A stretch of DNA of 64,000 bases from Mycobacteriales bacterium (GTDB lineage: Bacteria; Actinomycetota; Actinomycetes; JAFAQI01): assembly GCA_035545635.1 (NCBI GenBank), contig DASZXY010000024.1:130685-194684 (forward strand), in the 5' to 3' direction. The notes below the pieces were generated by a model. The model had not been told where the DNA came from. It was given only the letters and a program-made list of their open reading frames with translations, and ran no database searches. The position numbers and the translations under genes are program-made. This document shows positions 19,653-29,910 of the stretch, in pieces (the first letter of the stretch is position 1; each line of letters opens with the position of its first letter).

Positions 19653-21068
19653 ATGGCTGACCTTCACGACCTGACTCTGCTGGAGCAGGCCGCGGCGGTC
19701 CGGGCCAAGTCGGTGTCGCCGGTCGAGCTCGTCGAGCACTACCTCGCGCGCATCGACAAGCTCAGCGACACGGTCGGTGCGTTCGTCACCGTGACCGCGG
19801 AGTCCGCGATGGACGCCGCGCGCGCTGCCGAGCAGGCTGTCGCTGACGGAGCCGCGGACCTGCCGCCACTGCACGGTGTCCCGACAGCGATCAAGGACCT
19901 CAACCTCGTGGCAGGCGTGGTCACCAGATTCGGTACGTCGGCGCTGCCCGGCATCGACCTCGGCATCGACGACGCGGTCACCACCAAGCTGAAGGCCGCG
20001 GGCCTGATCAACCTTGGCAAGACCAACACCCCCGAGTTCGGGCTGCCCTGCTACACCGAGCCCGACGTTGCTCCGCCGGCGCGTACGCCGTGGGACCTGA
20101 CCCGCTCGGCCGGCGGCTCGAGCGGGGGAGCGGCTGCCGCAGTCGCGGCCGGGCTGGTCCCGGCTGCTCAGGGCAGCGACGGAGGCGGTTCGATCCGCAT
20201 TCCGTCCAGCGTTTGCGGGTTGTTCGGCGTCAAGCCGTCGCGTGGCCGGGTGTCGAACGCTCCGGTCTCCTCGGAGATCAGCGGGCTTGCGGTCAACGGG
20301 CCGCTGGCCCGAACCGTCCGTGACGCTGCCGCCCTGCTCGACGCGATGGCCGGACCGGCGGCCAGCGATTGGCAGTGGGCTCCGCCGCCGACAGCGACTT
20401 TCGTCGCGGCCTGCGACGCTTCGGCAGGTCGACTGCGGATCGGGCGGTTTGCCACGCCGGTGATCGCCGATGCCGAGGTGCATCCGGACTGCCTTGCGGC
20501 GTACGACGCGGCGAGTGCGGCACTCGCCGACCTCGGTCACGAGGTCATCGACCACACCCCCACCTTCACCGCCGAGCTGGTGCCGGCCTTCGAGACGGTG
20601 TGGTCGCAGGAGTTCCTGTCGTTGCCGTTCGACGAGTCGGTCGAAGCCAACACCCGCCCGCTCACCCGGTGGATCCGGGAGCGCGGCCGCTCGGCCACCG
20701 GTGCGCAGGTCTATGCGGCACTCGCCACCTTGCGGCAGGCCGCCCGCGTCGAGCTCGAGGCGACGTACGGCTTCGATGCCGTCCTCACCCCGACGCTCGC
20801 GCAACCGCCAGCGCTGGTCGGCGGCCTGCGCGACGACGACGACCCCGCCGCGGACTTCGAGGCGCAAAAGCGGTTCACGCCGTTCACCGCGCCGTACAAC
20901 ATGTCGGGTCAGCCGGCGGTTTCGGTGCCGCTGCACTGGACCGCGGCGGGACTGCCCATCGGGGTCCAGCTCATCGGCCGGCCGTACGGCGAGGCAACCC
21001 TCCTGGCGCTCGCAGCCCAACTGGAGGTGGCGGTTCCGTGGTCGGCACGGCGACCGGAATGCTGGTGA
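19653..21068 (+). CDS. Amidase (amidase-signature family)
   Basis: AS signature [36 protein letters not shown]. Confidence 0.85.
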   Translation: MADLHDLTLLEQAAAVRAKSVSPVELVEHYLARIDKLSDTVGAFVTVTAESAMDAARAAEQAVADGAADLPPLHGVPTAIKDLNLVAGVVTRFGTSALPGIDLGIDDAVTTKLKAAGLINLGKTNTPEFGLPCYTEPDVAPPARTPWDLTRSAGGSSGGAAAAVAAGLVPAAQGSDGGGSIRIPSSVCGLFGVKPSRGRVSNAPVSSEISGLAVNGPLARTVRDAAALLDAMAGPAASDWQWAPPPTATFVAACDASAGRLRIGRFATPVIADAEVHPDCLAAYDAASAALADLGHEVIDHTPTFTAELVPAFETVWSQEFLSLPFDESVEANTRPLTRWIRERGRSATGAQVYAALATLRQAARVELEATYGFDAVLTPTLAQPPALVGGLRDDDDPAADFEAQKRFTPFTAPYNMSGQPAVSVPLHWTAAGLPIGVQLIGRPYGEATLLALAAQLEVAVPWSARRPECW

Positions 21069-21096
21069 AGCAAGCCGGTCAGATAAGTTTCATGCC

Positions 21097-21474
21097 GTGA
21101 ACAACCGCAACATCTGGCGTCGCACGGCTGCCCGCCTTGCCACTATCGCTGTCGGCGTCGCCCTGCCCGTGCTCACGGTTGCGGCGCCCGCTCTGGCGCT
21201 GCACCGCGACGACGGCAGCGGGCCGGGTGGGCCCTCGCTCGGCGCCGGCCTGACGATCTTCTACTTCTTCGTGATCCCGGTCGGGGCATTCCTGCTGATC
21301 GCCGCGTTGGCGGTCCTGCCGTCGACGCTGAAGAAGCCGCGCTACCGACCCGGCCAGCCATGGGAGCACGGCACGAACTGGTTCGGCGAGCCTGCGGAAG
21401 GCGAGAGCGCCGACGGTGCCACCGGGATGGCCGCAAAAGACAGTGCGCGAGGTGGCGCCAGTGCCGAGTGGTGA
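21097..21474 (+). CDS. Small exported/membrane protein (possibly CtaJ-like)
   Basis: GTG 21097 gives VNNRNIWRRTAARLATIAVGVALPVLTVAAPALA (signal) plus one TM (LTIFYFFVIPVGAFLLIAALAVL). The upstream part of the ORF is antisense-type junk overlapping the amidase. The CtaJ idea rests only on remembered synteny. Confidence 0.5.
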   Translation: MNNRNIWRRTAARLATIAVGVALPVLTVAAPALALHRDDGSGPGGPSLGAGLTIFYFFVIPVGAFLLIAALAVLPSTLKKPRYRPGQPWEHGTNWFGEPAEGESADGATGMAAKDSARGGASAEW

Positions 21475-21841
21475 GGCTTTCACCAACGAGCAGCGTAAGG
21501 ACATCGAGCGGGTAATCGAGCTCGCGCAGACCGAGACCGGACTGCTGTTCTCCGTCTACGTCGGAGAGGTCGACGGAGACATCCGCGACGCGGCCGAGGC
21601 GCGGCACGCGACGTTCGGCGCACAGGCAGCGAACACCGTCCTGATCGTGCTGTCGCCGAGCGACCGGCTGCTGGAGATCGTCACCGGGGAGGCGGCCGCT
21701 CGGCGGCTGACGGATCGGGCGTGCGCGCTGGCCGCACTGTCGATGACGACCTCCTTCGCAGGCGGCGATCTTGCCGGGGGGCTCGTGACCGGCGTCCGGA
21801 TGCTGGCGGAAGCAGCGGGTCACCCGATTCAGGTGCGCTAG
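21461..21841 (+). CDS. DUF5130/TPM-like protein
   Basis: FTNEQRKDIERVIELAQTETGLLFSVYVGE...VLIVLSPSDRLLEIVTG pattern. The likely GTG 21461 overlaps the end of the upstream small gene by 14 nt. Confidence 0.55.
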   Translation: MPSGEAFTNEQRKDIERVIELAQTETGLLFSVYVGEVDGDIRDAAEARHATFGAQAANTVLIVLSPSDRLLEIVTGEAAARRLTDRACALAALSMTTSFAGGDLAGGLVTGVRMLAEAAGHPIQVR

Positions 21842-21891
21842 CACCGGCGCGGGTCCACGGAAACCCGTGGCCGCGATGCGACAGTGCACCC

Positions 21892-23115
21892 ATGAGCGAC
21901 GCCCCAGCGGACGGCGCCCGAACGCCGATGCCAGTGCCCCCGCTGCTCAGGGACGTGGCCGGATGGGCTTGGCGCATCCTCATCGTCGTCTTCGCGCTGG
22001 TGACATTGATCCGGTTCATGGACCGGCTCTACTTCATCGTCCTGCCGTTCTTTGCCGCACTGTTCTCCGCCTCGCTCGGTTATCCGGCGGTGAGCTGGAT
22101 CCAACGGCGCGGCGTCAGCAGAGCGGTCGCGACCTGGATCTTCATCCTGCTGGCCGCCGTCGTGTTCGGCGGTGTCGCCATCTTCGTCGTCAACCGCGCC
22201 GTCACTGACTACGGCAGCCTGGTGGACCAGGTGAGCGCGGCGGTCACGAAGTTCCGTCACTTCCTCACTGTCGATCTGCACGTGAAGGCGTCCTCGACGC
22301 AGCATCTCGAGGACACCATCACCACTTATCTGACGAACCACAAGTCTTCGATCGCCTCCGGCGCCCTGTCGGGCATCGCGACCATTGCGGAGACGTTCGC
22401 CGGCATCGTCCTGTGGTTCTTCATGACGTTCTTCATGCTGTACGACGGCCACAACATCTGGAACTGGTTCGCGAACCTGTTCCCGGCGGGTAGCCGGCAT
22501 CGCGTGCACGCCGCTGGCGAGCAGGCCTGGGATCGGCTCGGCGGCTTCGTCCGCGGCACGTTCATCATCGCCGTCTTCCACGGCGTCGTGGTCGCGATCG
22601 CGTTGGCGATCATGGGTGTGCCGCTCGTGGCGCCGCTTGCCTTGCTGGTGTTCTTCGGAAGCTTCCTTCCGATCGTCGGCGCCTTCCTGTTCGGCGGTCT
22701 GGCTGTGGCGGTCACCTTCGTGACGCAGGGCTGGGTGTTGGGCGTCGTACTGATCGGCATCCTGATCATCGACAACCAGATCGAGGCGCACGTCTTCCAG
22801 CCGTTCCTGGTTGGCCGCTATGTCGAGCTGCACCCGCTCGCGGTGGCGGTAGCGATCGCGGGTGGCGGCGTGCTCGAGGGCGTGTACGGCGCCGTGCTGG
22901 CCGTGCCCGTCGTTGCGGTGTGCTTCGCGGTGATCAAGTCGCTCGCGTCGGGCGGCAAGTCACCGGAGGAAGTCGAAGCGCCAGCCATCGACTCGCTCGG
23001 CGGAGATCCACCGCAGGCCAAGAAGCGCGCCCCGGCGAAGAAGGCACCCGCCAAGAAGGTCGCTGCCAAGAAGGCACAGGTGACCAGCCGTCCGAGAGCG
23101 TCCACAGCCCGCTGA
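21892..23115 (+). CDS. AI-2E family transporter (PerM-like) with Lys/Ala/Pro-rich C-terminal tail
   Basis: About 8 TM segments typical of the AI-2E family. Start at internal ATG 21892. Tail is PPQAKKRAPAKKAPAKKVAAKKAQ. Confidence 0.8.
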   Translation: MSDAPADGARTPMPVPPLLRDVAGWAWRILIVVFALVTLIRFMDRLYFIVLPFFAALFSASLGYPAVSWIQRRGVSRAVATWIFILLAAVVFGGVAIFVVNRAVTDYGSLVDQVSAAVTKFRHFLTVDLHVKASSTQHLEDTITTYLTNHKSSIASGALSGIATIAETFAGIVLWFFMTFFMLYDGHNIWNWFANLFPAGSRHRVHAAGEQAWDRLGGFVRGTFIIAVFHGVVVAIALAIMGVPLVAPLALLVFFGSFLPIVGAFLFGGLAVAVTFVTQGWVLGVVLIGILIIDNQIEAHVFQPFLVGRYVELHPLAVAVAIAGGGVLEGVYGAVLAVPVVAVCFAVIKSLASGGKSPEEVEAPAIDSLGGDPPQAKKRAPAKKAPAKKVAAKKAQVTSRPRASTAR

Positions 23116-23158
23116 CGCCCGCGGCGACACTGTCGTCGCCACCACTGACCGTGGCTTC

Positions 23159-24178
23159 GTGCGGTCTTCCCGGTTCGTCGCGGCGTTCGTCGCGGTTGTC
23201 CTCGCCGTGAGCTGGCACTCGTTGGGTCACGGCCGACCGCGCCCTGCGCTGCCTTCGGTCGCACCGCCCGCGGCGGAGGGGGACCGTCTCATCGTCGAGC
23301 CCGACGACGGGATGGAGCCGATCTACGCGCTGCTGGGGTCGCCCCGGCGGTCGCTCGACCTGACGATGTACGAGCTCGACGACCCGACCGCGGAGCAGAT
23401 TCTCGCCGGCGATGCCGCCCGCGGGGTCCAGGTGCGGCTGATCCTCGACCGACGACTGCAGCGGCAGCACAACCAGGCGGCGTACGACTACCTCTTTCGC
23501 CGCGGCGTGCACGTGGCATGGTCGTCGTCGCACTACTTCGCGACGCATGAGAAGGCGTTCGTCATCGACCACCGGGTGGCGGTCGTGATGTCGCTCAACC
23601 TCACCGCGCGCTACTACGCGACCAGTCGAGACGCCGCCGTTGTCGATGTCGACCCGACCGATGTCGCTGCGATCGAGAGCGTCTTCACGGCGGACTTGCA
23701 TGGCGACGGTGGCGTCCCACCGGGCGACGACCTGGTGTGGAGCCCAGGTCAGTCGTGGGCCGACCTGCTCGCGCTAGTCGGCCGAGCGCGGCACTCGATC
23801 GCGCTTGAGTCCGAAGAGCTGACCAGCCCTGCCATGGTCAGTGCGCTGGTCTCGGCGGCGCATCGCGGGGTGCTGGTCAGCATCGCGATGACCTACTCGG
23901 ACAAGTGGCGACCCGCATTCGCCGCATTGCGGCGCGTCGGTGCGCACATCCATGTGATGTACGGCGAACGCCCGCTCTACGTGCACGCGAAGCTGCTGGC
24001 GATCGACGCGGGCACTCCCGGTGCGGTCGCGTTCGTCGGTTCCGAGAACCTCACGGATGCGTCGCTGCTGCACAACCGGGAGCTCGGGGTCCTCTTGATG
24101 CAACCGCACCTGGTGCGCCGGGTCGCGACGGTAATCGACTCCGATGCGCGCGACGGGTCCTCGTGGCCACCGTCGTGA
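23159..24178 (+). CDS. Phospholipase D-family protein (two HKD motifs)
   Basis: HKD motifs HEKAFVIDHRVAVVMSLNLT and HAKLLAID...AFVGSENLT. N-terminal signal/anchor. Confidence 0.75.
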   Translation: MRSSRFVAAFVAVVLAVSWHSLGHGRPRPALPSVAPPAAEGDRLIVEPDDGMEPIYALLGSPRRSLDLTMYELDDPTAEQILAGDAARGVQVRLILDRRLQRQHNQAAYDYLFRRGVHVAWSSSHYFATHEKAFVIDHRVAVVMSLNLTARYYATSRDAAVVDVDPTDVAAIESVFTADLHGDGGVPPGDDLVWSPGQSWADLLALVGRARHSIALESEELTSPAMVSALVSAAHRGVLVSIAMTYSDKWRPAFAALRRVGAHIHVMYGERPLYVHAKLLAIDAGTPGAVAFVGSENLTDASLLHNRELGVLLMQPHLVRRVATVIDSDARDGSSWPPS

Positions 24179-24198
24179 CGCCCGACATCGAAGCGCTG

Positions 24199-26730
24199 TC
24201 AGGTTGCGCTTTCGGCGTCGCGAGCGCGGGAGCGCATCGCTCGCGCCAACGCGTCGCGGCCTTCCAGCAGCATCCGGCGAAGTGCAGCACCGGGCTGTTC
24301 TTCTTCGAGGTACGTCTCGGTGCGGGTGATCGTCGCAGGGTCGGTCGACCAGTAGGGGTACAGCCCGGCGATCAGCTGGTGTGCCATCTCGGTGGATCGG
24401 GTGCGGTACAGCTCGCCGATCGCACCGAAGTAGGAGTCGATGTACGGCTCCAGCAGGTGCCGCTGCTCATAGCTGACGAATCCGCCGATCGTCGCGTTCT
24501 GCTCGGCGTTCGGAAGCTCGTCGAGCTCGACGATCTGCCGCCAGGCTTGCGCCTTCGCGTCGGCTGTCGGTCGCGAGGCCCGCAGCGCCAGTGCGTGGCA
24601 GCGGCCGGCTGAGGTGTCGTCGCGCTTCAGTTCGGCGTCGATTGCTGGGTCGTCGGCTCGCCCGGTGGCCACCAGCCTGCCGAGCAGCAGCCAGCGAAGC
24701 TCGGTGTCGACACTGAGGCCGTCGACTGGCTCGCGGCCTTCCAAGATCGCCGCCACGCGTTCGAGCTGCGCGTTGCTGGTCGCGTTGGCGGCGGCCGCGC
24801 GGGCGAACGCCAGCTGCAGGTCGCTGCCGGCGCCGCTTTGATCCATCAGCTCGAACGCGCGGGCGGCCAGCCGAGTCCGCCGCTCCTCGCTGCGAGCCGG
24901 GTCGCCGAACGGGTCGATGGCCTGCGAGGCCAGCCGGAGCAAGCTCTGCACCGTGCCGACCTCGGTCTCCTGCCCGACGCCGCCGAGCACCAGGTCGAGG
25001 TAGTCGCCCGCCGCGACCTCTGCGTCGCGCGTCATGTCCCACGCGGCGGTCCAGCACAGCGTGCGGGCGAGCGGGTCGGTGAGCCGGCCGATCGAGCTCA
25101 CCAGCGTCTGCCAGGACCGGTCGTCGAGCCGAATCTTCGCGTAAGTCAGGTCGTCGTCGTTGAGCAGCACCAGGTCGGGCTGCCGTTCGCCGACGAGGTC
25201 GGGGACCTCGGTGCGCTCTCCCGCGACGTCGATCTCGACCTGACGCTGGCGTTGCAGCCCGTCCTCGCCGTCGTTGTAGAGACCGATCCGCAGCCGGTGC
25301 ATCCGAAGCGTCGGGTGCTCCTCGATCGCTTCCTGACGTACGGCGAACGACGTGAAGCGCCCGTCGTCGTCGATCTCGAACTCGGCTCGCAGCGTGTTCA
25401 CGCCGGCGGTCTGGATCCACTGCTGCGTCCACGCGGTCGGGTCACGCCCACTCGCGGTCTCGAGAGCGTCGAGCAGATCCTGCAGCGTGGTGTTCGAGTG
25501 CGCGTGCTTCGCGAAGTAAGCCCGGGTGGCGGAGAAGAACGCCTCCTCGCCGACCCACGCAGCCAGCAGCTTCAGGACGGAGGCACCCTTCGCGTAGGTG
25601 ATGCCGTCGAAGTTCGTCGATACCGCTTCGATGTCCGGGATCGCCGCGGCGATCGGGTGGGTGGTCGCCAGCTGGTCCTGGCGGTATGCCCAGGTCTTCT
25701 CGATGTTGCAGAACGACGTCCAGACATCAGGCCAGCGGGTCGAGCTCGCCGTCACATAGGTGGAGACGTACTCGGCGAACGACTCGTTGAGCCACAGATC
25801 GTCCCACCACTTCATCGTGACGAGGTCGCCGAACCACATGTGCGCCATCTCGTGCAGGACGGTGACGGCTCGGCGCTCGTAGGAGTAGTCGGTGGTGCGC
25901 GACCGGAAGATGTAGTCCTCTGTGAAGGTGACGCACCCGGCGTTCTCCATCGCGCCCATGTTGAACTCGGGCACGAAGATCTGGTCGTACTTGGGCCAGC
26001 CGTAGCGGGTGTCGAACAGGTCATGGAAGGCGTCGAAGCCCTGCTTCGTGACCTCGAAGATGTCGTCGGGGTCGAGGTGCTCGAACAACGACTTGCGGCA
26101 GTAGACGCCCAGGTCGATGCCGTCGTGCGAGTCCGTCGTTCCTTCGTAGGGACCCGCGACGATCGCCGAGATGTACGTCGACTGTCGCGGAGTCGGGTCG
26201 AAGGTGTGGCGGCCGCCGTCTACCTGGCTCGGCATGTTCGACAGCACGGTCCAGTGGCTGGGCGCATCGACGACGAACCGGAACGTCGCCTTGAGGTCGG
26301 GCTGGTCGAAGCACGCGAACATTCGATGCGCGTCGAACGTCTCGAACTGCGTGTAGAGGTAGACCTCGTCGTCGACCGGGTCGACGAAGCGGTGCAGGCC
26401 CTCACCGGTGCGGGAGTAGACGCATTGCGCGACGACGGTCAGCTCGTTGGCGGCCGCGAGTGGCGGCAGTGTCAGGCGCTGTCCGGTGAACGCCTGCCCT
26501 ACGTCGATCGGCGACCCGTTGAGGGTGGCGGACTCGATCAGATCCGCCGTGATGTCGACGTGCGGGGTGGCGCCCGGCTCGATGCAGCTGAACGTCACTG
26601 TGGTCGTGGAACGGAACCGGCGTGGCTCGGCGATCGCCGTGGTCAGGTCGAGCTCCACGTCGTACAGGGCCACGTCGAGGACACGACGTCGGTCCTCCGC
26701 CTCAACGAGGGTCAGGTTCTCGGCAGTCAC
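24199..26730 (-). CDS. pepN: Aminopeptidase N (M1)
   Basis: GAMEN exopeptidase motif plus HEMAHMWFGDLVTMKWWDDLWLNESFAEY zinc motif. 843 aa. Confidence 0.9.
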   Translation of the reverse strand: MTAENLTLVEAEDRRRVLDVALYDVELDLTTAIAEPRRFRSTTTVTFSCIEPGATPHVDITADLIESATLNGSPIDVGQAFTGQRLTLPPLAAANELTVVAQCVYSRTGEGLHRFVDPVDDEVYLYTQFETFDAHRMFACFDQPDLKATFRFVVDAPSHWTVLSNMPSQVDGGRHTFDPTPRQSTYISAIVAGPYEGTTDSHDGIDLGVYCRKSLFEHLDPDDIFEVTKQGFDAFHDLFDTRYGWPKYDQIFVPEFNMGAMENAGCVTFTEDYIFRSRTTDYSYERRAVTVLHEMAHMWFGDLVTMKWWDDLWLNESFAEYVSTYVTASSTRWPDVWTSFCNIEKTWAYRQDQLATTHPIAAAIPDIEAVSTNFDGITYAKGASVLKLLAAWVGEEAFFSATRAYFAKHAHSNTTLQDLLDALETASGRDPTAWTQQWIQTAGVNTLRAEFEIDDDGRFTSFAVRQEAIEEHPTLRMHRLRIGLYNDGEDGLQRQRQVEIDVAGERTEVPDLVGERQPDLVLLNDDDLTYAKIRLDDRSWQTLVSSIGRLTDPLARTLCWTAAWDMTRDAEVAAGDYLDLVLGGVGQETEVGTVQSLLRLASQAIDPFGDPARSEERRTRLAARAFELMDQSGAGSDLQLAFARAAAANATSNAQLERVAAILEGREPVDGLSVDTELRWLLLGRLVATGRADDPAIDAELKRDDTSAGRCHALALRASRPTADAKAQAWRQIVELDELPNAEQNATIGGFVSYEQRHLLEPYIDSYFGAIGELYRTRSTEMAHQLIAGLYPYWSTDPATITRTETYLEEEQPGAALRRMLLEGRDALARAMRSRARDAESAT

Positions 26731-26765
26731 GCTGCCTGAGCGTAGGGCGCGTAGGGTCGTTGCGA

Positions 26766-27368
26766 ATGGAAACTATCGCCGACTTCTGGTTCGACACCCT
26801 GTGTCCCTGGGCGTGGCTGACCTCGCGCTGGATGCTCGAGGTGGAGCAGGTCCGAGACGTCAAGGTGCGATGGCGACCGATGAGCCTCGCGATCCTCAAC
26901 GAAGGCCGCGACCTGCCGCAGGACTACCTCGACCGGATCGCTCTCGGCTGGGGGCCGATGCGCGTCTGCGTCGCCGCGCAGCAGGCGCACGGACCGGAGG
27001 TCGTGGGGCCCCTCTACACCGCGTTGGGCACCCGGTTCCACCCGGAAAAGCTGCCGAAGGACCGGCCGACCATCGAGGCCGCGATCGCGGAGGCCGGTCT
27101 TCCTGCTGACCTCATCGACGCGATGGACGACACGTCGTACGACGAAGCTGTCCGGACGTCGCACGACGAAGGCATGGCACTGGTGGGTCAGGACGTGGGG
27201 ACGCCGATCATCCGGGTCGGCGGCGCCGCGTTCTTCGGGCCGGTCGTGACGCCCGTCCCGCGCGGCGAGGCCGCAGGCAAGCTCTGGGACGGCGTGCTGC
27301 TGGTCGCCCAGACGCCGGGTTTCTACGAGATCAAGCGCACCCGGGATCAGCGCCCAAGCTTCGACTGA
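26766..27368 (+). CDS. DsbA-fold mycothiol-dependent reductase homologue (Rv2466c/mycoredoxin-2-like), CPWA variant
   Basis: ADFWFDTLCPWAWLTSRW...MSLAILNE...GTPIIRVGGAAFFGPVVTPVPRGEAAGKLWD matches my memory of Rv2466c along its full length. Sits between pepN and rpiB, as in mycobacteria. Confidence 0.8.
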   Translation: METIADFWFDTLCPWAWLTSRWMLEVEQVRDVKVRWRPMSLAILNEGRDLPQDYLDRIALGWGPMRVCVAAQQAHGPEVVGPLYTALGTRFHPEKLPKDRPTIEAAIAEAGLPADLIDAMDDTSYDEAVRTSHDEGMALVGQDVGTPIIRVGGAAFFGPVVTPVPRGEAAGKLWDGVLLVAQTPGFYEIKRTRDQRPSFD

Positions 27369-27945
27369 CCGCGGCCCGCGCCTCGGCGACGCCTCGGACC
27401 TGCTGCGCCTGCAGCCCAGCGCTCAGCGCGCCCTCGACGTTGATGATGTTGTCGTCGACGAACAGGACCTGCGACGGCTCGACGCCGAGGGCATCCACGA
27501 CGTGATGGAACACCTCGGCATCCGGTTTGATGAGGCCGAGCTGGAACGACGTGAACACATGGTCGAACCGCTTGATCAGCGGCCAGGTCGAGACCACGCC
27601 GTCCCAGTGGACTGCGTTCATGTTGGACAGCATCGCGACGCAGACCCGTTCCGCCGTCTCAGCGACCAGCTCCTCGGCGCCGTCGTAAGGCTGCTGCACC
27701 CAGTCGCCGAAGGTGGCCAGGAACTCGGCACCGGTCATCGGCAGCCGCCACTCGTTGACCATCCCGTCGGCGAAGGCTTCCGGACTGCACTGGCCGCGCT
27801 CGAACCGGCGAACCCACTCGCAGCCCAGCCAGCGTGCCCAGAGCTCCTCGTCGGAGGAGATTTTCGCGAGGTCGCGCATCGTCGCGACCCCGCTGAACTC
27901 GGCGAGGACGCCGCCGAGGTCGAAGACGACGGCTTCAACACGCAC
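27331..27945 (-). CDS. HAD-family hydrolase
   Basis: Motif [10 protein letters not shown], motif IV-like FVDDN. GTG start at 27945. Confidence 0.7.
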   Translation of the reverse strand: MRVEAVVFDLGGVLAEFSGVATMRDLAKISSDEELWARWLGCEWVRRFERGQCSPEAFADGMVNEWRLPMTGAEFLATFGDWVQQPYDGAEELVAETAERVCVAMLSNMNAVHWDGVVSTWPLIKRFDHVFTSFQLGLIKPDAEVFHHVVDALGVEPSQVLFVDDNIINVEGALSAGLQAQQVRGVAEARAAVSRSLGADPGCA

Positions 27946-27982
27946 CTCGCGACGCTACCCGCCGGGGGAATACGCTTCGGCC

Positions 27983-29403
<1,421 letters not shown>

Positions 29404-29404
<1 letters not shown>

Positions 29405-29883
29405 TGCGCGTCTACATCGGGTCCGACCACGCCGGTTGGACGTTGAAGTCACGCCTGCTGAAGCGAGTGGCCGAGCTGGGCCACGAGGTCGAGGACTGCG
29501 GGCCGTACGAGCTGCGTGACTCCGACGACTACCCGCCGTACTGCTTGCTCGTCGGCACGAAGGTGGTAGCGGATCCGGGCAGCCTCGGGATCGTGATCGG
29601 CGGCTCCGGCAATGGCGAGGCGATCGCCGCGAACAAGGTGCCCGGCGTGCGCTGCGCGCTCGCGTTCAGCGAAGAGACGGCGAAGCTCGGCCGCGAGCAC
29701 AACAACGCCAACGTGCTCAGCCTCGGGGCCCGCATGTACGACGAGGATGTCGCCGTCAGCTTCGCGGAGGCGTTCCTCGCCGAGCCGTTCAGCGAGGCCG
29801 AGCGCCACGTTCGGCGGATCGAGCTGCTCAGCGAGTACGAGCGGACCGGAGTTCTGCCACCTCGCCGCGAGGACGCCCCATGA
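29404..29883 (+). CDS. rpiB: Ribose-5-phosphate isomerase B
   Basis: (V)RVYIGSDHAG...IVIGGSGNGEAIAANKVPGVRCAL. GTG 29404 overlaps the last base of the ALDH stop. Confidence 0.85.
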
Positions 29884-29910
29884 TCAGGAGCCTTTACTAG
29901 GGTCGCGGGG

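Noticed and set aside
17964-21020. 1018-aa minus-strand ORF, the longest in the window.
   Set aside because: Only its last 138 codons (glbO) look like a real protein. The rest is Arg/Gly/Pro-rich and lies antisense to well-supported HNH, DUF4232 and amidase genes. This is the typical high-GC stop-codon-poor antisense frame.
24838-26739. 633-aa plus-strand ORF opposite pepN. Similar long antisense ORFs lie at 39577-41328, 36087-37277, 37425-38516, 61429-62487 and 15389-16285.
   Set aside because: The translations are low-complexity and Arg/Val/Asp/Gly-rich with no recognisable motifs. The opposite strand encodes proteins with clear family signatures.
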